A stretch of DNA of 58,362 bases, filler included, from Sphacelaria rigidula (GCA_964200075.2; 8 parts of 8 records of this genome joined end to end with filler, not necessarily neighbours in it), one strand, 5' to 3'. Numbered from the whole stretch's first letter, positions 1 through 12,105 are shown. The notes: generated by a model from the sequence alone, not told the origin. Numbers and translations are program-made.

Positions 1-76
1 ATTCGTCACGAGTCGACTCATCATACTAAAACCAAGTAATTTCCAGACGAATCATTATTTGTCCGACCCTTGAAAG
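1..76 (+). repeat. Dispersed repeat, probable DNA-transposon terminal sequence (copy 1)
   Basis: Reverse complement of 6112-6187 with 3 mismatches in 76 nt; partial third copy at ~21190-21228. Confidence 0.8.
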
Positions 77-1608
77 TATATAAACAACATAGGTGAAGTC
101 ACATTGGGAGGGGGGGTGCATGGCAGCGCAGGGGACGAGAAAATGACCGTTCCCAGGGGTGCTTCCTACCGGGACTATGTGGTTGGTATCCACCGTTTGG
201 CCTGTAATTTGCAAATGGCAAGACCTTTGGATAACATCGGAGTTTTTTTCGGGATTCTTCAAAACTATGTAAATAAGAGAAAACAAAGAATGTGTTATTA
301 TCCGGAGATTCATGTACGCATCCCCCCCCCCAAAAAAAAATGTCGCACGGGTAGTATCTACCGTTTTAGCTTGTTGCACGTGATTGGAAATGCACCTATG
401 GTGAGCACACAAACACATCGATAGGATGTGTAAGGACGTTTCTTATGGCAAACAGAAATGAAAATGTGGGACGTTGCTTTTTTGGAGCGTCTGGGTCGTT
501 TTACGCCCTGGAAGAGAAAAGAGAACTAGGCAGATTCTGACATCTGGGTATGCCTTGCTATACTCGTTGAGACAGCTCCAGTGCACCTGTGCGTTGTTCC
601 GGTGGCCGCAGTTTTTTCTTGCCCAAACTTGCATTTTCCCTGAGACCGCTAGTACACGTTATCCGCATTTTAGAGCATCTCTATATCATGGTACCTTATG
701 GATGGGATAAAAACCGTGCGTACAGAATAGGATCGGGTTGTGATCGCACGCGTTGTCGTGTCGTGTAATCAGTGCAGAGCCGACTATATCGTCGCACACG
801 TGTCTTGCAACCCGGTTCACGCTGTTCGCATGCAGTTCGGCGTACCCTCTGCGGAGTGACCGGTAGGGTGACCATTGAGCAAAAAAAAAGTATGATATGA
901 ACCTTGAGCTGAGAATCTGGTGTACCTACTGGTTCGTTGACGAAAACGGTGCTCTGACAGGCTTTACGTTTCCGCAACCTAGATGAGCCCGTTGCCATGT
1001 TTCATGAAGGAAAAAGTTGGCCATGCTACCCAAGCACGTTGAGCTTAGGGCTGAGGCAATGGAACTTGTTCCCGAGGTGCTCAGCTCGCGTGCAGCACTG
1101 CGCCCTGAACAGGAAAGTGCGCTCCCGTTTTTTGTCCATATAACCACCGGGTATACCTCAATTTGTGTATACCCCTTTATTATTTATCTGGGCCGTTTCT
1201 TCCTGCTTCTTCTCCTTTCCTTTTCCTTCCCCTCCATTTCTTTTTGGTTGTGATTTTGGCTCGTTGTTGTTTTTTTCTTCTTTTATTTTTACCTTTTGCA
1301 GCAAGCGATGTCGCTTTGTTTACCGTGGGTACGCCTATATTGTAACCACGGCCTGGTCCCTCGGAGACCGGGTAATGATTTGTGACAATCAAATTGAGAA
1401 AATAATCAGTGATGATACCGCGATGCCTTGGAGAATTTAAAAACGGGTGCACGATCCACATCTGCTAGCCTCACTGAATATGTGGACCGAAGAGCGGAAG
1501 CCGGGTCATGGAAATTATCACCATCCCCATGCCTGGTATAGAGCTCTGTGGGATGTGTGTTTATGAAGGCTGTTTTGCCTTCACATGCTCACAACGCAGC
1601 AACCGTCG

Positions 1609-4600
1609 ATGGTGTGAAGCCTTGTCTGGACTGAACCACCCGCACTGATTTCTGTTCTCCAACAAAGCACTGCCGCTCCCGCCGCCCGAAACACGTTTAC
1701 CTGTTCGCGGGTGTTCATCTCAGGACACAGCTAGCGGGGTTCTTTTGCTCATCATTACGGCCGTCGGCGCCATCGTGCTGAGCTATCTCATGTTGCAGCC
1801 GCCACCACCCGCGGGTCCGCCAGATGACACGGAGCCAGAGCCGCCAGAGCCGCCGCGGAATTTTACCCTCAAGCAATTGCACGTGAGAGCTGATGAGAAC
1901 GGCGGGCGTTAGTTGGCCCGAGGGCAGTAGAGCTTACGGAAAGCCGTCGCCAAAAACTCATAGTTGGCGTGCGATAGACTTGAGTGCGGACACTTGACAT
2001 TCGGAGCTGCAGGGGGCTTGGCAGTTCCGATTGCTTGAAAGTTTGCCTGGTCCCGCCCAGTGCACCTCCTGCACCCCCCTTTCCCGAGGTTTCTTGACCT
2101 GGCTTGCATCGGGGCTAGGCTTATGGCCACACTCGTTGATAAAGACAAGTACGTGTCGAGCATATAATTCAGCGAGGGGTTGACGTGAACCCACCTCCCC
2201 CATAGGAGACCTCAAAGAGCACGTTCGGGGATTTTTATTGAAAGCAGGAGTACGAATGGATCGAGTGGCATGTACTAGAGTTGCGCGAGTTGCCGTTGCT
2301 CTCTTTGTGATCGTTGCTGCTGTTCGGCATGTGGGAGCACTCGTGTGTGCTGTGCTGTAGTCACGTAGGACAGGTGATTTCCTGTTTCCTGCTCTCTAGA
2401 TCATCATGCTGTGCATGCCCTGCGCACGTCTTCTGTACTCATATATCTTCTCAGGAATTCGATGGCAGAGACGAAGCAACACCAGCGTACGTGGCGTTGC
2501 GAGGTGAAGTGTACGACGTAAGCTCCAAGCCGGAGCACTACAAAGTGGGGGGCTCCTATCATCTCTTCTCAGGGCACGACGCCTCGTACAGTCTGGCCAC
2601 AGGCTCGCTCAACAAAGCGGATTTGGACAAAAGGTGTAACGTTTTTGTGTCGGCAACGCTTATTGCAACTCGACATCATATCTTCAATTTTGCTTTGTAG
2701 CCATAATTGAGTGGAGGATGTCGACAAAATTGTGACTGTGTCATCCTTGTTTTTGGACCCTTTTGGGGGGCGAGGGTTGTGCACTATCTGCTCCCATGTT
2801 TTGGCATTGCAACGGGGGTATGCGGGGGGGCGGAGATATTTGCACAAGACATTCACAGTACTGGAATGGTGCGCATCAGTCGGTATTGTCAAGAGCAAAA
2901 GTTGCCGCTTCCTGTACTGCTTGGTACGACAACCTGATCGCCACAGGTGACCGCATGGTCATCGTGAAGCATGTTTGACACAAGCAAATGTTGACCCCGC
3001 AAGGCAATCTATTTATTTAGCCCACGATTGCCGAAGCGTCGCTTTCTTGATTCACTGTAATAGGAGCATGTGCTCACACGTACATCTGCTCAACTGCATA
3101 TGCGCTTTTTCGACGTCGTGGACCGCGTTGGACAACTGGTCAGTTGTGACAATATAACCGCAATGGAGGACGAACAGCTGGACGGGTGGGTGGAAAAGTT
3201 CAAGCACTACAACGAGTACCCCGTTGTGGGAAAGGTACGGAGGAAATTATGTCACTGCTTGTAGTAGCTGTGTTGGCTCGGCGATAGCGGCACCAAAATA
3301 GATACGCCTGCTTGGCGTGACGCTCGTTGCCCATGTCTCCTAATATGGTACCTGTGTGTAGTTGATCAGTTCATCGTGGTTTTGGGAATCAGATTGCCCA
3401 AATTCTAGTCGTTTCGTGTTGTGAAGTTTTGCGTTCAATCATTGGTGTACCTGTTCACCTCCATTGATGAATCATCTCCTGTGTCCGGACACTTGCCACC
3501 GCTGTGACCCGTGTCGTTTAACTGATGGTGCTAGGTGGTACCTCCTCCAGCAGAGTGGAAGGAATTCACGATCGCCGAGCTGCGCCCGTTCGATGGCACC
3601 AGCGAAACCCATGAAGACCGCGCAGCTCCCCCTATTTATGTGGGAGTGAGGGGAAAGGTGCGCGTAGTCTGGTGACGCTTCATGTTTTGGTCGCTTTCCG
3701 CCGTAAGTCGTGTCTGTGGTCAAAGCACGTGAAGCGCTCATCCATCGCATAGTTCACGCCAAGCTCTAACTCATCCTGTGGTCGTTGTCGTTGTTGCCCT
3801 TCCTGTTCAATCTTGGGTAGGTGTTTGATATGTCGTACGGAGGGGCTGCCATGTACGGTCCTGGCAAGACGTACAATCTCTTCGCTGGTAGAGACGCGTC
3901 TGTGGCCTTGGCGAAGGTGAGAGGGGCTGGGTTGAAACAGGGAAATTTCCCGGAGTGTCACACATTTTGGAGGGTCCACACAGCAATACGTTTATGTGGT
4001 GGGCGAGCGCTTATTTTCCATTTTGTACAGTGTAAGAAAATTGCATGACTGTACACTTGCGGGTGTACCGAGTTGTTGGTTGAACAGTTGTGGTTGTAAC
4101 GGTGCAGAATGGCTGGCAGCAAGTGAGCTTTTCATGCGATTTCAGTGGAGTTGTCGGTTCGAAATCCTCGTGAGCATGGGGAATGCACATGGTTTCGGAT
4201 TGCGCGTCGGTCACCCCCTCGTCTCAGCTTGCCGTTGCTCGTTTCTTCTTGCTCTTGCGACACGCGCTAATCAAGCTGTAGACCACGCGACGTAGATATT
4301 TGTGTTCACCGTGGTGGTATCATGCAGCCATGTTTTCCCCGCGAACACGTGTGTTGTTCACGAGGACGTATCCAGTGGCACGTGTCAGGGGTTCTTTGAA
4401 CATGGACAGCGACCAAGTGTTCGAACTCGTGCTCTGTTCAAGACGTGCATTCGGGAGATGAGAACCCGAGCCAGGAATATAATCACCCGTGGAAATACAT
4501 TTCTGATATCAGTGCTTCTTTTCACTTTGTTTCCCCTCGTCTTCGTCGTTTTCTTATCCTTCGTCGTTATGTGGACTCGTTCGATGGATGAATGCTGTGT

Positions 4601-4757
4601 TCTCGTTTTTATGCAGATGTCATTTGCGGCAGAACACTTGGACAATCCAGATATGTCCCAGCTAACACCGCAGGATTTGGGAGTGCTGAAAGACTGGGCA
4701 GAAAAGATGGAGAAGAAATACCCCGTCGTTGGAACCATTGCCAATAGCGCTCCATAA
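1609..4757 (+). CDS. Membrane-anchored MAPR-family (PGRMC/neudesin-like) protein with two tandem cytochrome b5-like heme/steroid-binding domains; 7 coding exons
   Basis: Manually spliced GT-AG exons in consistent phase: 1609-1611 (ATG|GTGTGA, tentative), 1724-1882, 2455-2633, 3144-3234, 3535-3657, 3821-3916, 4617-4757. Protein: hydrophobic N-terminal helix (GVLLLIITAVGAIVLSYLML) and Pro-rich linker. Domain 1: FTLKQLHEFDG..YVALRGEVYDVS..GGSYHLFSGHDAS..WVEKFKHYNEYPVVG. Domain 2: FTIAELRPFDG..IYVGVRGKVFDMS..YGPGKTYNLFAGRDAS..WAEKMEKKYPVVG. Confidence 0.92.
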
Positions 4758-5669
4758 AACGTATCCGCTCGGGTACTAGCCAAACCACCATATTGCGCAC
4801 TTTTTTTTTTGTATCATCAAAATTTTGGGGGCGTGTTTTTTTGTCAAGAAGCGTGTTCCAGGAACGCGGCATTGTCGGTACACTTCCTGGCGTTTGGGTA
4901 TCTGTATAAATGAGAGTGTGATGTTCGTTGTGTAGATGGAGGCGGGCAGCGGCTGAATGATTCATGCAAGGGTGCTAACCTTGCAAGCGGAACATTGTAA
5001 CCCGTCGCAGTTCCGAAGCTTGGATAAAAAACAGCTGGAAATTATGTTCTAGGTATCGCAGCTTGCGTTTGCTCAAAGTAACCCCTACATCACACGGCAT
5101 GTGTTGCCTTGCCTTGCGTGGTGCGAGGAACATGCTATGCAGTGCCGTGCCTCCGCTGAGGGTCCATGTCCTGGCCAAGTTGTGTCGCTGCACACGTGAA
5201 CTGGATGCCAGCACGGCAATTCTACAGATTTAAACCGCAATTTTTCGTGTTCCCGATGGTGGCATCAACGGCAGAGTTTCCGATACCGGTCCGACACTAA
5301 ATCAACCCCCCGTGCTCTGGATGTACCCTGAAATCACCTCTCGACCAATCAACATGCACCCAACCACCACGTGTGTTGTTCACAGATATGGCCATTTCTT
5401 GGCCACCACCCAGTAGGCCTATTCTAGTCCGATTTATCTTACACGCGTGTTTGCGTTGCCTTTTTCGGAGGGTGTTCGTCCCGGAAGAAAAAAATATACG
5501 ATTTTGCAACGGCCTTCATGAGAGAAGGCAGGGGAGCTAATGTTTTTTCTGGGATCGTGCTGTGGACGTAGCAAAGGCTGGTCCATTTTTTTTTTGTCAA
5601 GTTTATGTCAAACTCTCACTCCCAAGCTCCGATAGGAGATTAGGTCTCTGTCAGCGAAAACATGAAGGT

Positions 5670-6080
5670 GTGTCATCATTTGACGAGGGTCACCCCCTGA
5701 TCGATTGACGTTCGCAAGCTCATCTCAGTTCACAGTGCGAATCTCGCGACGCTCGATGCATCTGTGTAGACAACGTCATTTGTGAGCTCTCCCGTGTCCT
5801 TTGAGCAGCTATCGTATCCTGCGGCATGTGAAACCAATGTTGCGCATTCAGACTACAGGAGAAATGCCGATCCTGCCGAAGATCTCAAGTTGAAAATGAT
5901 CATGTCATATTGATGAGTCACCCGTTGATTGATCGGTTTCCAGAAGTTCTCAGCCCACGATGCGAACCTCGCACTAATTGACGTATGTCTGTGTCGGGAA
6001 GATAAACTGTGACCTCTCCCATGTCGTGTGAGCAGCCATCATCTGCTGCACGCGCGAATCGATTTCGCGTTTTCAGACGG
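5670..6080. repeat. Degenerate tandem duplication, period ~230 nt
   Basis: 5670-5855 and 5900-6080 share ordered blocks (gtcaccc..gatcg, tgcgaa.ctcgc, tgtga.ctctccc.tgtc, tgagcagc.atc, ttcagac). Confidence 0.6.
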
Positions 6081-6111
6081 AATTTGCCGTTGAGCTAAAC
6101 TAAATATGAAG

Positions 6112-6187
6112 CTTTCAAGGGTCGGACAAATAATGATTCGTCTGTAAATTACTTGGTTGAAGTATGATGAGTCGACTCGTGACGAAT
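6112..6187 (-). repeat. Dispersed repeat, probable DNA-transposon terminal sequence (copy 2, inverted relative to 1-76)
   Basis: ctttcaagggtcggacaaataatgattcgtctg...gacgaat is the reverse complement of 1-76. Confidence 0.8.
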
Positions 6188-7208
6188 ATTCCGTAGGCTT
6201 TATTTCAGCGTTGCAATCCAGGTACACGCAGCCCAGACACGTGGAATGGCGNNNNNNNNNNAGTAAGGCCGAAGAAATTGTCAATTTGGTGATTTTGAGT
6301 CGTGATGATTTGTCCTAACCGTGGAAGCTTTCGAAGGAGGGGATTTGTCATCTTGCGATTCACATTTCGAGCTCCCAGCCCACCTGTCGTATACCATAAA
6401 ATAAAAACACCACCACGGATCGCCTGACCGGCACCTACGGCTCTTGCAGCCCTTGAGGACGTTGACGAATCGCACATCGACTACACGTTCCGCACTGACC
6501 GGGACACGACAAAACCAGTAGTTTGGGCAATCCCCAGCGCAGATCAAACTGTCTTCGCAGGGTTCGAATGCACCACACTTTGTTGTCAGCTACAGCACAG
6601 GAATGATGAGGTTGGACACGAAGTGCCTTTTTCGTTGCGAAAGACATGGCGTCGAATAAACACATGATTCTATTTTAAACTTTTACCAGTCGGCACTGCA
6701 CGCCGACTGCAATCACCTTTTACAGAGCGGAACACAATAATAGAGCAGTTCAGGCAATCCCAGGGGAGACCAAACCGACTTAGGAAGGTCCATCCAGACA
6801 GAGTACAGTCACGGCTAAAGCATATGAGATATTGCGTTGGTGTGGTCGTGCTGCAGTATAACGGACAGGATTGAATATCCCGTGGACTAATTCTTCGCCC
6901 GATTTTGAAGGGCTTCTCATGGTTGTCGGGCGTTCAAAGTGGGGTACCCATTGTGATGAGGAACCCGCTCGCTAAGCAGAGTTCAAGATCGTGGGCTCAC
7001 TTTTTATTCAAATCGCCTCCGACTTTGTTCCCTGAGACGCGGTTTGGTTCCTCACGTTGCGTTCAAAGTCGGGCGCGGTATCGATTTTGAATGGGTCTCA
7101 TGATAATTGGTCTCGTTTATTTTCAGACACTTTCTACGATAAACAGTGTTTCCGTGAGATTGAGAGTAGATGATACGATTGAGAGTGGCTTTGATCATTC
7201 GCTTTAAG

Positions 7209-7308
7209 NNNNNNNNNNNNNNNNNNNNNNNNNNNNNNNNNNNNNNNNNNNNTTAATTAATTAANNNNNNNNNNNNNNNNNNNNNNNNNNNNNNNNNNNN
7301 NNNNNNNN
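7209..7308. other. Artificial scaffold-joining spacer
   Basis: 44 N + TTAATTAATTAA (stops in all six frames) + 44 N. Confidence 0.98.
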
Positions 7309-8555
7309 ACTACACTTTTGAACTCTGCTCGCGCACTGTTTGTTCTCTGTTCTCGCAATACCGACTGTGCCATCATGTACCACCACAAGGCATTATCATG
7401 TACTGTACTGATGAAGTGTCCTACACCCTAGGGTATCAAGGTACGACACTGTACTCGAAGGATTGTTTACCGCCTGCCTGCTCTTCGGCTTCATGCATGA
7501 GAACGCAGTACCACACTCATGCAAAAAATGATCGTCTGTCTACAGAACCGTTTCACAAATCTGTGATACTGTACCGTCTGTGCCATAAAATGGTCCCCCC
7601 GATTTTGAGTTAACGAATTTGAGTCCCACGATTTTTTCAAAATCAGGGTCCCAAAAAATCAAGATTCGTTTGCCATAAAAGTGGGTCTAATGCGTACACC
7701 AGACCATGCGCCGAATGCGGTTGGTGTGACATGCACACAAAATTGAAATGATCACGTGTGTGTAGCCATGTCTTTGTCCCTCAACTAGCTGTAGTCGGGT
7801 GCTGTGATGAGAGAGAACATGCAAGGTGGAAATGTGTGGGCGGTGAGCCGATTTTCAGACATTTTCAGACAGTCCTACAGAGTCGTATCACAACTCTCTG
7901 AAAACGTTGGAAAGTGTTGCCCAAGGTCGCCCCCCGAGCAGCAGATATTTTGGCTTGTGCGCTGCTGGAATTCTACCGAAGAAAATCAACTAATCAAGTT
8001 GGTTGGTTGATATAATTGACATGTTGTTGATTAATCGTGCACACATACTTCAACTGAAATTGATGACGATTCAACGGGTGAGCTACTGTCACCACTATGA
8101 TTATCAGCTGTGCTGTCCGTACTGCTGCATGCCGTGTTATGGTTTGCACTATAGTAGGGTGGGGTCAAAGTGCTACACACAAATTGAAATGATCACGTGT
8201 GTGTAGCTATGTCTTTGTACTTCAGCTCGCTGTGCGATGCGCGAAAGAATTGTCATCGTCAATCTATGGCCCTTACTTTCTTTCCGTCCCTTCTTCTACT
8301 TGTATGTCGCTCTTGCTTTTCTTCACTGACGGCGTCTGTCTTTTCTATCCCTTTTCCATTCCATTCCATTTCACTGCAAGAAAGCATGGGACGATTGGAA
8401 GTGTGATGCGGAGCAGAGCAATCTATATATCTATATATACTGTCGAACACGATAGATGGCGAAACACATATATTGATATGTATTAGAAGGGACAATGAAT
8501 GTTGCAAGGGTCAATCAACAGTCTGTGGCCACTAGAATAAATCAAAGTCACTGGC

Positions 8556-8755
8556 CATCGATGGGCATTGTATACCGCAAATAGATCCTGGGATGTATTC
8601 ATCGATAGCCATTGCCATCATCAATAGATTTGGGTAGCCATTTATCGATAGTCATCTATCGATAGCAATTGCCGTCATCAATACATTTGGTGAGCCGTCT
8701 ATCGGTAGCCTTCGCTGTCATCACTAGATTTGGCGCACAATTTTTCGATAGCCTC
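8556..8755. repeat. Degenerate minisatellite, core atcgatagccattgccatcatcaatagatttgg
   Basis: About 4-5 imperfect copies visible in sequence. Confidence 0.75.
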
Positions 8756-9717
8756 CCCCTTGAACAAATACTTATTGGAAATTTAGGTGATCTGGCCGGA
8801 TCACTTGAATTTCCAACACATTCTTTTTTACCTAGAATCCCCAAATTTCGGTCATCGGGATCCAAATTTTTATGGCGTGTAGTAGTTATCAATAGCTACC
8901 AGCAGATGAAGGAATGGAACCACATCTTGAAGAATTGGTGTGGATGCGAAGACTTGAATTTCCCGGTCATCATCCTCAATGAAAAGCTCGATCCTCAATT
9001 CCGATGATCGACTATTCAATACTAGGCGTCACAGCTAGGTCATGCCGTGGAATGGAAGTTTTACGGCGTGTGGACGGCGCTTGTTCCCCCACCATCTGCC
9101 TCTGCGGGCCGCTCAACATTTTATCGCTTTCGGTTCAACAAACACACTTTGGGGGCTGATCAAAGCACGACTGCTCGAAAAAAAACGTTGAAAAGTGTTC
9201 CTAAATAACTAAATCATGAGGAGGCAGCATTTTCCGATGGAGGATTTTTGTGTGCATTCAGTCACTGCAAACGAAGAAAAACAGCCATATACGTCTTGTT
9301 TTAGCTACAATCTGCTGCTTACCAAAGAAATTGTGACAGGCGTCGTTGGAAACCCAACAACTGTCCAGACGGGAATTCACACGAAATGAAGGCAATACGG
9401 CACGCTATCGAGTCGTAATGATGCTACAAGATGACACAACACAAACGAGGAAGAGTCGAATCATCATCCATCGCTTACAATTTAATGGACAGCAACACGA
9501 TCAATGGTAGGCAATCGAGCACTAGAGGCGTCCACGCCGTGCTTCACGCTCAAAATGCGTTTTCACGACCTGACAAGGGTTGCCACGAAACCCCTACATA
9601 GTGGGATGCGGGACGTGCAGGGTTTGGGTTTTGAAGCGATACATTGCAACAGCACCTCTTCACGGAGAGCTTCTTCCTTTCCCGCAGAACATGTCTGGAG
9701 TGGCCTCGCGTTAGAAA

Positions 9718-10044
9718 TGATGCTTCCACTGCGGTACGTCCTGTTCGGTCATTTTCCAGTTGTGATGCTTCCGCTGCGGTACGCCCTGTTCGGTCATTTT
9801 CCAGTTGTGATGCTTCCACTGCGGTACGTCTTGTTTGGTTATTTTCCAGATGTTATGCTTCCACTGAGGCACGTCCTGTTTGCTTATTTTCCAGTTGTGA
9901 TGCTTCTACTGAGGCACGTCCTGTTTCATCATTTTCCAGTTATGATGCTTCCACTCAGGTACTTCCTATAATGGTCATCTTTCAGTTATGATGCTCCCAC
10001 TCAGGTACGTCCTGTTTGATCATTTTCCAGCTATGATGTTTCCG
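9718..10044. repeat. 45-bp minisatellite, about 7 copies
   Basis: Unit tgatgcttccactgcggtacgtcctgttcggtcattttccagttg at 9718, 9763, 9808, 9853, 9898, 9943 and ~9988, with progressive divergence. Confidence 0.95.
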
Positions 10045-10276
10045 TCGCACGCGGCGACCGCCGCACCATCCTTGATATGAAAAAAAACCATTGTGCGCCT
10101 TAATAACGGTACCACTCTTTCGCACTCGTGCGTATTTATATCTTCGTAGGTGATGTTCATTTTGCGTGAGCGTTATCGACCTCTTTTTTGAATATATATT
10201 TTCTTCTTCTACTTTGTCACCTCCTTTTAAATGTTCTCAATCGTCTCCCTGTGCGTCCCTTGCTGCGTTGCGGCAG

Positions 10277-11056
10277 GTTGACAATGTGGACAACTATCGT
10301 ATAGTGTTCATTTTCAAAGATCCGGCAGAGGCCCTGGTCAGCCGCTACTTCTACGGTCATTGCAAGCATCTAACGGGAGCGGACTGCGGCGAATCTGAGA
10401 AGGACTTTCCCAGCTTAGAGAGGTGATGTCACCGCCTAAAGGTTGATGCTTCCGACCCAAAGGGATACACACGGCGAGCCTTGCAGGATGTTATCTTGGA
10501 CCAAGTGACGAAAACACCGAGGTCGCTGCACTGTATGTGGCCGCATTACATTCATGGCTTATTATTATTATTATTTTTCGTTTCTCTTCTTCTCCTCGTT
10601 TATTTTTTTCTTCCTCCCTTTTGCTTTTTTGGTACTCGACTTCAGTGATTTTTCTTCGGGGAGTGCTTTTCCATTTTTGTATACATATATATTATTTTCG
10701 GCTCGGAGTCGTCAATCCCTTGAATACACGTTTAACCGTATACATAGCAATAAAGTGAATATTAGTATGAGGGTTCAATCGCCCAATCAATGCAGTCCCT
10801 GCCGTGTATTCAGCGTTGGCTGCAACCGATTGGCTGCTTTCAAAATTTCAATGACCCATGTCGGCTTGATCCTCGTACACTGTTCAAAATCGCATCATGA
10901 AATCCACCGACGTTAGGTTTTGTGCCAAAAACAAGAGAAAGTATCACTTTTTTTTTGCTTGTCCTTATTCCAACATTGCTTGTATTTTCAAAATTCGGTG
11001 TCTCCCCCTCTCGCCTCCTGTTACCCTTTTTGTCTGCATGTATTTTTTTTTATGCC

Positions 11057-11088
<32 letters not shown>

Positions 11089-11284
11089 CGAAAGATATGC
11101 CGAAGAGCAGGAAGATCGACTACACCTGGAGAAAATCTATGATAACTACTGCGGAGGCTGGGACGACGGGGGCAGCCATATTGAAAAAAATTACCCCGTG
11201 GTGTGCATCAACTACCACAAGATCTGGGACAACGCCGTCGCTGTCGTGAGAGCCTTGGGACTTCCAGAGTCTGAGGCTGCCAAG
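10277..11284 (+). CDS. Partial gene: two internal exons of a sulfotransferase-like protein
   Basis: Exons 10277-10422 (cag|...ag|gt) and 11095-11284 (aag|...aag|gt) join in phase: VDNVDNYRIVFIFKDPAEALVSRYFYGHCKHL...ERYAEEQEDRLHLEKIYDNYC...NYPVVCINYHKIWDNAVAVVRALGLP. IFKDPAEALVS resembles the 3'-PB motif (RxPxxxxxS); INYHKIW..ALGLP resembles the YEDL...FLGL region. Confidence 0.7.
11056..11089. repeat. (CAA)n microsatellite immediately upstream of a splice acceptor
   Basis: About 11 CAA units ending a few nt before the AAG acceptor at 11092-11094. Confidence 0.95.
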
Positions 11285-11349
11285 GTGCCCTACGCTTCCG
11301 TATTGTTGCGCTGTATTTCGCTTGTCCTGTACAGACCACACCCTGGACA

Positions 11350-11351
<2 letters not shown>

Positions 11352-11404
<53 letters not shown>
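11352..11404. repeat. (TTA)n microsatellite
   Basis: Directly visible; source of the poly-Ile ORFs. Confidence 0.95.
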
Positions 11405-11405
<1 letters not shown>

Positions 11406-11619
11406 GCCTATTTATTATGAGCCTAATGTAAACCCGCTCCTCCACTGCAATCAAATCGGCCCGTGTCCGGATTTCCCATACTCTAGCCAAGTCACAAATG
11501 ATCCTTATCGGAACACTATTTTACACACGCTTTCACTATCGAATTGGACTGCACCCATTCCCCGCAAACTGCCCGTTTTTTTTTTTTTCCTACTTGTTTT
11601 ACTTCTGCAAGTTTTCCCC

Positions 11620-12105
11620 CACATGTCCAAGAGTTTAGTCCTACGGTACACTATAGGGGAACTCGCTCTGCAATTGTACTATCTTGAACCCAGGTTTTCC
11701 TAGCAAGACCCATGCATCAGCACAGCGCGTTGAGGGTGTCTCCAGTTCGGAACACACCGTACAAACACCACAGTATTATAGCGTATATCATCGGTTGAGT
11801 ATACCCCTACAGTTGCACTGGTAACCGAACAGCTGGTTGCTCATAAAAACGACACCCACAGAGATTCAACTTTGCACCAAATTTGCATGCCATCAGCATG
11901 CAACCCCTTCTTCTTGCACATGTCCGAGAGTTTAGTTACTAAGTTTAGTTACTGTGGGGGAAGTAGCTCTGTAAATGTGCTGTCATGAACCCGGGTTTTC
12001 CTAGCTAGACCAATATATCAGCACAACGCTTTGAGGGTGCCTCCAGTTCAAAACACTCACCGTACAGGCAGCACAGTATTATAGCGTATATCATCGGTTG
12101 AGTAG
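11620..12105. repeat. Tandem duplication, period ~300 nt
   Basis: cacatgtcc.agagtttagt...gttttcctagc.agacc...gagggtg.ctccagttc...cacagtattatagcgtatatcatcggttgagta at 11620-11800 and 11917-12105. Confidence 0.85.

Noticed and set aside
7253..7264. TTAATTAATTAA as a biological motif (piggyBac TTAA or regulatory site)
   Set aside because: Identical in seven N-flanked spacers; artificial linker.
9718..10044. CRISPR-like array
   Set aside because: Head-to-tail units without unique spacers, no cas genes, eukaryotic context.
10922..11431. 169-aa ORF with poly-Asn and poly-Ile as a whole protein
   Set aside because: Only 11095-11284 is exon; the flanks are intronic microsatellites.
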